This document shows positions 1 to 7,334 of a stretch of DNA of 32,000 bases, in pieces. The position numbers and the translations under genes were made by a program. The stretch's first letter is position 1, and each line of letters begins with the position of its first letter. The notes beneath the pieces are model-generated. The model was not told the origin of the DNA and searched no databases. It saw nothing but the letters and a program-made list of their open reading frames with translations. Source of the stretch: Vibrio vulnificus CMCP6 (GTDB lineage: Bacteria > Pseudomonadota > Gammaproteobacteria > Enterobacterales > Vibrionaceae); contig NC_004459.3 in assembly GCF_000039765.1 (NCBI RefSeq), forward strand, positions 2,391,127-2,423,126, written 5' to 3'.

Positions 1-317
1 GTGATCTTGCATGGTCAATCGGTCGATTGTTTTCGATATCTGTATCAATTTAAGGTTAAAAAGTAGCCACACTTAACAGAAATTAGAAAAAATACTCTAA
101 ATGATGAAATTAGAGGATGATGTTCTCTTTGTTATTGTTTTTAATGAATAAACGAGATAACTACTTAAAATGTGTGTGTTTGGTGATATTTGTTCCATAA
201 ATGATAAAACACGTTTTTGAGCACATTATTTATAACTAAATCAACATAAATAGTTGCGAAAGATTTGGAACTGGTTACAAATGTAGCCCGGAAATACTAA
301 TAATAGGGAAAGAAGAT

Positions 318-1127
318 ATGCAAGATACCACTCCCGAGTATCTGTTGGCTGCTTTAAGACAGGCGATCAAAAGCAAGGGGCTGACATATCGAGAGTTGTC
401 TGACAGGTTAGGAATACCTCTTTCTACGTTTAAAAGACACCTTTATAGCTCGAACATTTCGCTCGATAAGCTGCTGGAATATTGCCGTGAGACAGATACT
501 TCGCTAGAAGAGCTGCAAAAATTGGCGGTTCAGTTACAAACTAACGATGAAAATTACTTCAGTCACACTCAAGACGAAGTGTTTTTCAATTTTCCGGAAC
601 TTTACGACTTTTACCGAGAAATTCGTCATTTGCGCGATAAAGACGGATTTCGTTGGATGAAAGAAAAACATGGGCTTGATGAATCAACCACTTACTCCTA
701 TTTCCGTGCTTTGGAAATGTTAGGTTTGATCAAGTTAAGTGAAGATCACAAGTTCAGTTTGATAGGTCCAATGTACTATCGTTTTGCGGACAACTCTAAG
801 CTCAACAAAAAGTACACACAAACACTGAAAGAGCAGACTACGGCGTACAAAGATTGCGTCAAAATTGGTTTTTCACGTATGAATTTGACCGATGACCAAC
901 TTAAAGCGATTGGTAAAGTGATTGCCAAAGAAGTGCTGAAGTATCATAGCGAAAACATGGCGGAAGGTAATTTTGAAGTGTCTGATTTCAAAAACGTGCT
1001 CTTGATCGCGAGCCCGCATGAGCCGTTGATGTTCTCTGATGGCATTGGAAAACTGCCAAGTGATTTCTTAAACCAAATCAAAGATGCAATTGACAAATCA
1101 GGCGATAAGCCGAGTCTTGCTCTCTAG
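318..1127 (+). CDS. HTH-domain protein, putative transcriptional regulator of unknown family
   Basis: 269-aa ORF. N-terminal helix-turn-helix-like segment GLTYRELSDRLGIPLSTFKRHLY. Purine-rich SD-like GGGAAAGAAG lies just 5' of the ATG. A hairpin terminator follows the stop. I do not recognise the C-terminal two thirds. Confidence 0.55.
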   Translation: MQDTTPEYLLAALRQAIKSKGLTYRELSDRLGIPLSTFKRHLYSSNISLDKLLEYCRETDTSLEELQKLAVQLQTNDENYFSHTQDEVFFNFPELYDFYREIRHLRDKDGFRWMKEKHGLDESTTYSYFRALEMLGLIKLSEDHKFSLIGPMYYRFADNSKLNKKYTQTLKEQTTAYKDCVKIGFSRMNLTDDQLKAIGKVIAKEVLKYHSENMAEGNFEVSDFKNVLLIASPHEPLMFSDGIGKLPSDFLNQIKDAIDKSGDKPSLAL

Positions 1128-1167
1128 AGTGGGATAAACGAACTCTTTGGCTATCTTGAATGAAAAC

Positions 1168-1210
1168 TAAAAAAGAGCCGTCACATGAAGCGGGGCGGCT
1201 CTTTGTTTTA
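1168..1210. terminator. Bidirectional rho-independent terminator between convergent genes
   Basis: Stem AGAGCCG (1174-1180) / CGGCTCT (1196-1202). It is flanked by an A-run on the left and TTTGTTTT on the right. It lies between the stop of the HTH gene and the stop of the minus-strand protease gene. Confidence 0.6.
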
Positions 1211-1230
1211 CTGACGTTGTTACTTTGTAC

Positions 1231-4200
1231 TTAATCCATTACGGGCAACTGCTCAATGGAGCGACGGTAGCGACGGTACTCACCAGAATTCCATAGCCAG
1301 ATGCTTTCCACTGGAATAGCGTAATATTGTGCGTAGTCTGGATTCTTCTTAATCTGTTCCTCGATATCTTTTTCAGCTTGTGCGGAAAAGGCAATTAGAT
1401 TTTCAAGGTATTCAGGAGCACTTTCTTTATTGGCATCAATAGCTTGCCAAGCGACCAAAAGGTCGTTTTGCTTGTGACAGCCATTGGCAGCATCTTGCCC
1501 TTTAGGGTAGTAGCAGTTGTTTGTCTTATCATGGACAAATTTTGGGCTAAAGGGGTTAAATAAGCTGTTAAATGAGCTAGCACCATTCAGTACTTCAACG
1601 GTGTTACTGTCTCGCAACAAATACAATGTAGCGTCCTTTTGTGAACGGATACCTAACTTAGCAAAGTTAAGGTATGTATTTACTGGATTAGGCAAATTAT
1701 TCAAAAGCTCAAGGTGTAGCTCTCTTCCATCAATAAACATGGCTTTTTTAGCAATCTCTTTTGCCAGACCATTGCGACGTGTCACCATGTATTTACGTGC
1801 TTTCCAAGTAAATTCGTAACCGCCTTTCAAGTCGACAGATAAGCTTGGTTTCGTCAGAGTAATATCGTCGATCAAATGTTGCGAGCTATCAGAAAGCCCA
1901 TACTCTTCAGCTTGGCCGAATGCCACTAAGTTGGTCAGCAACGCATTAAAATATGGTGTTACGGTGCTCTGTGACAACTGGAAGTAGCTTTTAATACCAT
2001 AGAGATATGGCGGCACCTCAATAGAGCTACGCAGATCTGGTACGTAACGTGACTTGGTTTCAACATACTCACCAGTTTGATCAACGAAGACAGGAGAACG
2101 GAACTTGTCATCGGCGAAACCCAAGTAGCTAAGGTACTCTTTCATTTTTCTTGGTGTGCCTTTAGTGCCACTGCGAACATCGGAAACATCCATTAGTGCC
2201 ATATTGGATTTAGCTCTCACACTGTTCCAATCATTTCGTTTGACCAGCATCTGCGCGGCGAGCAGCTTATCAGGCCAAATTCCCATTAAATCAATGGCGG
2301 AGGATGAGGACTGATGCGGGTTGTTGGCTTTCATATCGGCATACGGGCGGCCATCACGCGTCTCAGCGAGTACTTTGATTGGCTGTGACCCTTTTGCTAA
2401 CTCAGCGACCAAATCTTGGTCGAAACATGACTCTGGAAGCGTGGTTTTATAGTCGATACGAGGGCCATACTGTGTCCACAAATCATTCAACGCGACAAAA
2501 CGATATAGCGGTTGGTCGTCGTTTGCGACTTCAATTTCACAAACATGATTAGGTTGTGCCATCACTTTGACAAAGAAATCTGCCGCTAATAAGGCTGCAT
2601 CAAAGGTGTCACAAATCATCTGTGCCCCTTGTGGTAGCTGACTTCTACGGAACTTATATTGGCAGTTGTCTGTGTAGAAATTTGCTACGTTTTGCCCGTA
2701 ACTCTCTTCCTCTTCCCCTTTAAGTTGCGCGAAGTAGTAGTCAATTTCACCTAAATCTTCAATAACTTTGCGAATTTCATTGAACTGATTGAGGCGCGCG
2801 ACGGTGTAGTTATGCACCTGATATTCGTAAAACTGGTTACGTCCATTCCGCTTATTAAGGAACTCATAGCTATCCCAGTATTGCTGAATACGGAATTCGG
2901 TCAGTTCAAGGATATTGGTGCCTTCATCAAAACGATTACAGGTGGTTGTGCTGCTAGTGTTTTCATCCGAGCAGTAGTAGTAATTTTTAACGCTTTGAGT
3001 CGGTTGGCTATCGTCTAGTTTTTTCAACTGCTCTTTGAGCACTTCCAAAGTACCGAGTGGATAAGCACGGTAGTTTTGACGCACTTTTTCGTCGATTTCA
3101 CTTAAGCTAACGTAAGCCACTGTCGTTTCGCCTTTATCATCAAGCGTTTGAACTTCCGCTTGACGTTGGTAGCCAAAACGCAATGCGGCAATATCGTACT
3201 TACCGTAAGTTGGCAGCTCGTCAAAAATGGACGCACCGTAGTCCATAATAGAACTGTAAGCGGGGACTTTGTCGTAGCCAAGTGCAGTGATTTCTTGCTC
3301 GTTATAGAAGTTACTTTTATCCATTGAGCCCATAAAGTTGTGTCGCAAACCGAGGTTATGGCCAAGCTCGTGGACTAACGTTGACGTATAAATGTGCTGC
3401 GAAATCTGTTTGGTTACTTGCGCTTGCTGATCGGCGTTGAGATCTTCCCACGCTTTGAGCTTGGTGTTGACCTTGTCGGCGTAATCTGGCGCAGAAGGGT
3501 CTAAATGAGCGTTGTCAAAATAGCCACCCGCTTTGTAATCAATACCTTTGATCAACCCTTTTGACTGAGTGCTTACCCACAAGAACTGATCAGAGTACAT
3601 GTTTTGCTCAGCGTAGGCTTGGCGCTGTTTTGCGTAGGATAAAGCTTGTTTGTTGAAGCTGTATTCGTTCTGCATATCTGGGCGAAGCCAAGTCACTACG
3701 CCGTCATTGAAATCTGGCTCACTAGCAGCCACCAAGGGTAGGGACGTTTGAATATTGGTGATATTTTTATCTACGATGAAGTCAGAGACCCTTTCGGCAC
3801 CAAAGGTCATGGAGGTGGTGCCTGCATCAGATTCATCGGTTCCATTGTTGACCGCTGGGTCTGTCTCATCCAATTTGAACTCTGCTGGGCGGGCAATCTC
3901 TTGGCGATTGTAGTGAACCGCTAGTCTGCGCCACATTTCACGAGCCGAAGCGCGGATCACACCTGCATATTGGTTCACATGCGCATGGACAATTTCACCT
4001 GTGAGCGGGTTGGTTGCTGATGGGCCGTAGCCTAGCAATCCGTTATCAACCGGATCGGTGATCAGGTTAAACATGTTGATACGCAAATCACCGGGATGTT
4101 TGCCTGCAGGTTTGTCTTTATTGACGATGTTGATTTTTGGCACACCAGTACCAGCGAGAATCTGGTTAATGTGTTCGATCGTATCGAGGGTGGTTTGCAG

Positions 4201-5115
4201 AAACTCCTTCCCCTCGGGTAAAAAATAACTGTCGCTTAAGTAGTAATCGATAGACTCTTTTTTCGGGTTGAAGCGGTTAATGAGTCGGAACTTCTCACCT
4301 TGTAGATTGGCCTCGCCATTGACTGAAAGCGGTGTTTTTTCATCATTAAAAAAACCATAACGCTGTGAGTCTTTGCCTGGGTAGTGGACCACTTCGTAAT
4401 CTGGGCTAGCAAGCTTGTCGAGCTTCACCAGCGAGTAGAAAAAACGCGTTTTGAAAGAAAGATCTTCCAGTTGAGAACCAAATTGATACATATCATCAGC
4501 ACTGGCGGTGAATGTGCGTTCAACTTCAACGTTAATGACACCGGCAGTCGCGTCGTATTCCCAATGCACTAAACGAGGCTCGGCGGTTTCTGTGACATTG
4601 TCAGCAGTCCACCATGCGTCAACGGTATCAACGGCCAATGACTTGATGCCCGCGTAATCGGGAGTGAAGTGAGTGGTATCTTGCCAGTTTAGACTGGCGT
4701 CTGTGTTGAGCTCTTCTTTGTTGGTGCACTCATCAAACTGATCTTCAGCGCAGCGATATTGCTGGAATTCACCAGGGATCTTAAGAACCGGAGCGAGGTT
4801 GATACTGCTGTCGTATCGGCTTGGCTTGCCATTAATAATGGTATCGCGGTCTACTTCTTCTGCGATGATGCCATTGGCTTTATCGAAACGCAGCGTGACT
4901 AATTTGGGCGTTCCCTGAAAAAATCCTCGTTGGGTTGCCGCGTAGCGTGGCGCTGCGCCTGTCGATGGCATATAAAGCCAAAGCGCTTCAGTATCTAAAG
5001 AGCTTTTAGTTATTTGCTCTTCAGCTCTCGGTTGATATTCATATGCGCGTTCCTCTGCGCCACAGCCATACAATGCCACAGACACCATAGTGGCGAGTAA
5101 TAACTTTCTATACAT
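1231..5115 (-). CDS. Very large zinc metalloprotease lipoprotein (metzincin-type, HExxHxxGxxH)
   Basis: The ORF track gives 1231..5124 with a GTG start. An in-frame ATG at 5115 gives MYRKLLLATMVSVALYGC, a lipoprotein-type signal with a lipobox-like LYG-C. Zinc site VHELGHNLGLRHNF followed by a Met-turn-like SSIMDYG. The long uninterrupted ORF contains only short antisense ORFs. Confidence 0.85.
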   Translation of the reverse strand: MYRKLLLATMVSVALYGCGAEERAYEYQPRAEEQITKSSLDTEALWLYMPSTGAAPRYAATQRGFFQGTPKLVTLRFDKANGIIAEEVDRDTIINGKPSRYDSSINLAPVLKIPGEFQQYRCAEDQFDECTNKEELNTDASLNWQDTTHFTPDYAGIKSLAVDTVDAWWTADNVTETAEPRLVHWEYDATAGVINVEVERTFTASADDMYQFGSQLEDLSFKTRFFYSLVKLDKLASPDYEVVHYPGKDSQRYGFFNDEKTPLSVNGEANLQGEKFRLINRFNPKKESIDYYLSDSYFLPEGKEFLQTTLDTIEHINQILAGTGVPKINIVNKDKPAGKHPGDLRINMFNLITDPVDNGLLGYGPSATNPLTGEIVHAHVNQYAGVIRASAREMWRRLAVHYNRQEIARPAEFKLDETDPAVNNGTDESDAGTTSMTFGAERVSDFIVDKNITNIQTSLPLVAASEPDFNDGVVTWLRPDMQNEYSFNKQALSYAKQRQAYAEQNMYSDQFLWVSTQSKGLIKGIDYKAGGYFDNAHLDPSAPDYADKVNTKLKAWEDLNADQQAQVTKQISQHIYTSTLVHELGHNLGLRHNFMGSMDKSNFYNEQEITALGYDKVPAYSSIMDYGASIFDELPTYGKYDIAALRFGYQRQAEVQTLDDKGETTVAYVSLSEIDEKVRQNYRAYPLGTLEVLKEQLKKLDDSQPTQSVKNYYYCSDENTSSTTTCNRFDEGTNILELTEFRIQQYWDSYEFLNKRNGRNQFYEYQVHNYTVARLNQFNEIRKVIEDLGEIDYYFAQLKGEEEESYGQNVANFYTDNCQYKFRRSQLPQGAQMICDTFDAALLAADFFVKVMAQPNHVCEIEVANDDQPLYRFVALNDLWTQYGPRIDYKTTLPESCFDQDLVAELAKGSQPIKVLAETRDGRPYADMKANNPHQSSSSAIDLMGIWPDKLLAAQMLVKRNDWNSVRAKSNMALMDVSDVRSGTKGTPRKMKEYLSYLGFADDKFRSPVFVDQTGEYVETKSRYVPDLRSSIEVPPYLYGIKSYFQLSQSTVTPYFNALLTNLVAFGQAEEYGLSDSSQHLIDDITLTKPSLSVDLKGGYEFTWKARKYMVTRRNGLAKEIAKKAMFIDGRELHLELLNNLPNPVNTYLNFAKLGIRSQKDATLYLLRDSNTVEVLNGASSFNSLFNPFSPKFVHDKTNNCYYPKGQDAANGCHKQNDLLVAWQAIDANKESAPEYLENLIAFSAQAEKDIEEQIKKNPDYAQYYAIPVESIWLWNSGEYRRYRRSIEQLPVMD

Positions 5116-5128
5116 GTTGTGCACCAGT

Positions 5129-5962
5129 TTAATAGTTATATGTGAGTGTTAAGTAGTAAGTTGGCTTGTCCAAGTCGAATAAGGTGTCGATTGGGTTTGG
5201 TCCTCGGTCGGTATCGAAATACCGGGCGCTGTTGGTTAAACCAGCAGCGACAGAAAAGCTTTCAGTTACGTTGTAACCAATCTCTTCGGCGTGTGAGAAT
5301 TCAGGAGAATATTCTGAACCTCGGTAGGTCCACGATTTTGAACTGTCAATGGTGGTGGAGATCCACCAGTCACCATATTCGTAGCTCAAACCAAAACTGT
5401 TACTCAGGCGATACTCTTCGAGCTGGAGATTGCCTGCCGTGGTGTAACGATGGAAATTTTTTCTTAGACGAACGGAATCTGTTAGTTGTAGCCCTTCAAG
5501 CAAAAAGCCAAGGTCATAGCTGAGATTGAGATCCGCACGAAAAGCAGTAGAAAGGTCGGTGGTTTTTGCGATGTCAGAGATAGGAATTAACCCACGAATA
5601 CTCGCAGAAAAATTGAGATTTTCTGTTGGTTGGTAGAGATCTCGGTAAACCGCTCGTAACCATACATCTCGCCAATACTGTCCCTCATGCCCGTCGAATT
5701 GATGAACGCCACTGAAATTGGCACTAAAGAGCCAGTTGGTTTCCGTTTCATATTTCACGGTGAGACTGGCGTCGAGAGAACGTGATGCAAGATAGCTGTT
5801 GTCGGGGTAGGCGTTTCGGCTGTATGAAGTCGAAAACGTCAAATTCCACGGACTGTTTTGAGTCGGTGGCGCCACCATAGATTCGGCGACATCTTCTGCA
5901 TGAACTGTAAACGGCAAGCAAGATGCAGTTAGCGCACACAGTGCAATATGACACTGTTTCAC
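5129..5962 (-). CDS. Predicted outer-membrane beta-barrel protein, first gene of an operon with the metalloprotease
   Basis: 277 aa. N-terminal signal peptide MKQCHIALCALTASCLPFTVHA-ED. Alternating hydrophobic/polar strands rich in Y/S/T/N. Aromatic C-terminus LTLTYNY. Its stop lies 13 nt upstream of the protease ATG at 5115. Confidence 0.7.
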   Translation of the reverse strand: MKQCHIALCALTASCLPFTVHAEDVAESMVAPPTQNSPWNLTFSTSYSRNAYPDNSYLASRSLDASLTVKYETETNWLFSANFSGVHQFDGHEGQYWRDVWLRAVYRDLYQPTENLNFSASIRGLIPISDIAKTTDLSTAFRADLNLSYDLGFLLEGLQLTDSVRLRKNFHRYTTAGNLQLEEYRLSNSFGLSYEYGDWWISTTIDSSKSWTYRGSEYSPEFSHAEEIGYNVTESFSVAAGLTNSARYFDTDRGPNPIDTLFDLDKPTYYLTLTYNY

Positions 5963-6229
5963 TCTACTTTCCTTGTAATTTGTGATTAATGTAGTGTTTT
6001 TTATGATTGACGGATACTAGAGGAATCATTGGAAGAAGAACATCTATTCATGGAAAGTATCAATATCTTGTGTCACCAGTACTAATTTGTGAGCCTGCTC
6101 GAATGTTAATCGTTTTGTTTTGATCTCCAATCGCCTCTTTTAATTGCTGAACCCTTGCTGCATATGGAGTGAGTTGCACTTCTGCTTGGCTGACACATAA
6201 CCTTCATCAATTTTTCTCATAAAAATGAC

Positions 6230-6257
6230 TTGATTAGATCAATAAATGCACTATTAT
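6230..6257 (+). promoter_or_regulatory. Candidate sigma70 promoter of the tetR gene
   Basis: -35 TTGATT (6230-6235), 16-nt spacer, -10 TATTAT (6252-6257). The -10 abuts operator-like palindrome A. Pattern match only. Confidence 0.4.
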
Positions 6258-6286
6258 GACGAAGTGTCATTTATGACGATTCGTCA
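6257..6286. promoter_or_regulatory. Two operator-like palindromes (sites A and B) of the TGACG-N3-CGTCA family
   Basis: Site A is TGACGAAGTGTCA (6257-6269, imperfect). Site B is TGACGATTCGTCA (6274-6286, perfect 13-bp palindrome). Both have TTATGACGA left context. They sit at and just downstream of the candidate tetR -10. Confidence 0.6.
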
Positions 6287-6359
6287 AAAATTAGTGAGAT
6301 TCCTTTAATAGGGATTCGTGTTACAATCGCAGCGGGAGTACGTCGATACGGAAGAGTGA

Positions 6360-7151
6360 ATGATGTTTAACTTTGGTTGTAAGAAAAGTGATGAGCAAAA
6401 AGGGTGTGGATTTTCGGCTGGAAAGACGAAAAAACAGCAAGCTATCGCTGATCGAGAAGTTGAATTAATTCTGTTAGCAAAAGCCATTGTACAGAAGGAA
6501 GGATTTGCCAACCTTACGATGGACAAACTAACAGCGGCCAGTCCGTACTCAAAAGGGACGATTTACAATCATTTTTGCAGCAAAGAGGATGTGATTTTAG
6601 CGCTGTGTATTCATTCGCTAAAAAATGAAGCGCTTCTCTTTAATCGTACCGCAGCGTTTGAAGGTACGACGCGAGAAAAAATGATCGCGATGCATGTAGG
6701 TTACCGTATCTACTCGCGTCTAGAGCCTGTGCTATCGACCTGCGCCATCATGGCCAAAACACCATGGGTGCTAGAGAAAGCGTCGCCTGCGAGGGTGAAT
6801 GAGTTAAATGAGCTTGAAGAGAAAGTGATTTCAGGTGCGGATGCTCTCGTGAGCTACGCGGCCGAAGTCGGCGATGTGAAGTTTTCACCCGCAGTGGGTT
6901 CTGATGCCATTGTATTTGCTAACTGGTCAATTGCATTTGGTTCGAATGCCTTGACGCAAAACGCATCAAACAGTCACTGTATCAGCCGCCTTCAAGATCC
7001 ATTTACAGTGCTACATAACGCGAATTTGCTACTTGATGGACTCGGATGGAAGCCGCTTTCGAGCGAATGGGATTATCGCAAAACCTGGCGACGGGTAGAG
7101 CAAGAACTGTTTGCTGAAGAGATCGCTTATCTCGAATCTGTTGGTCGTTAA
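6360..7151 (+). CDS. TetR/AcrR-family transcriptional regulator
   Basis: TetR-type HTH LTMDKLTAASPYSKGTIYNHFCSKEDVILAL. SD-like GGAAGAG lies upstream of the ATGATG at 6360/6363. Followed by a hairpin terminator. Confidence 0.85.
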   Translation: MMFNFGCKKSDEQKGCGFSAGKTKKQQAIADREVELILLAKAIVQKEGFANLTMDKLTAASPYSKGTIYNHFCSKEDVILALCIHSLKNEALLFNRTAAFEGTTREKMIAMHVGYRIYSRLEPVLSTCAIMAKTPWVLEKASPARVNELNELEEKVISGADALVSYAAEVGDVKFSPAVGSDAIVFANWSIAFGSNALTQNASNSHCISRLQDPFTVLHNANLLLDGLGWKPLSSEWDYRKTWRRVEQELFAEEIAYLESVGR

Positions 7152-7157
7152 GGGAAC

Positions 7158-7183
7158 AAAGCCAATCTAAGGATTGGCTTTTA
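7158..7183 (+). terminator. Rho-independent terminator after tetR
   Basis: AAAGCCAATC-TAAG-GATTGGCTTT followed by T residues (7158-7183). Confidence 0.6.
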
Positions 7184-7195
7184 AATCACACTTAG

Positions 7196-7208
7196 TGACG
7201 AACCGTCA
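7196..7208. promoter_or_regulatory. Operator-like palindrome, site C
   Basis: TGACGAACCGTCA, a perfect TGACG-N3-CGTCA palindrome. It lies just downstream of the tetR terminator and upstream of the exporter gene. Confidence 0.55.
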
Positions 7209-7272
7209 AAAAATGAACTTGGAAAAACAAAAATAGGTTGTTCTTTGTTGATTCCAAAATTCTTCCTCTCTT

Positions 7273-7295
7273 AACCAGCATTTGCTGGTTTTTAA
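7273..7295 (+). other. Terminator-like hairpin between operator sites C and D
   Basis: AACCAGCA-TT-TGCTGGTT (7273-7290) followed by TTTAAAG. The structure is seen in sequence. Its function is not established. Confidence 0.35.
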
Positions 7296-7306
7296 AGAGA
7301 GATTAT

Positions 7307-7319
7307 TGACGAAACGTCA
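7307..7319. promoter_or_regulatory. Operator-like palindrome, site D
   Basis: TGACGAAACGTCA, a perfect palindrome. It ends 6 nt before the GGAGAG SD of the exporter gene. Confidence 0.55.
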
Positions 7320-7334
7320 CAAATGGAGAGTGTG

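Noticed and set aside
5116-5124. The GTG start for the metalloprotease in the ORF track.
   Set aside because: The ATG at 5115 gives a canonical lipoprotein signal peptide (MYRK + hydrophobic core + LYGC). The GTG adds only three residues. The difference is minor.
6088-6103. A CRP-like half match, TGTGA-GCCTGC-TCGAA, upstream of the barrel/protease operon.
   Set aside because: The right half-site is poor (3 of 5). It is a single occurrence more than 120 nt from the start codon. This is insufficient evidence.
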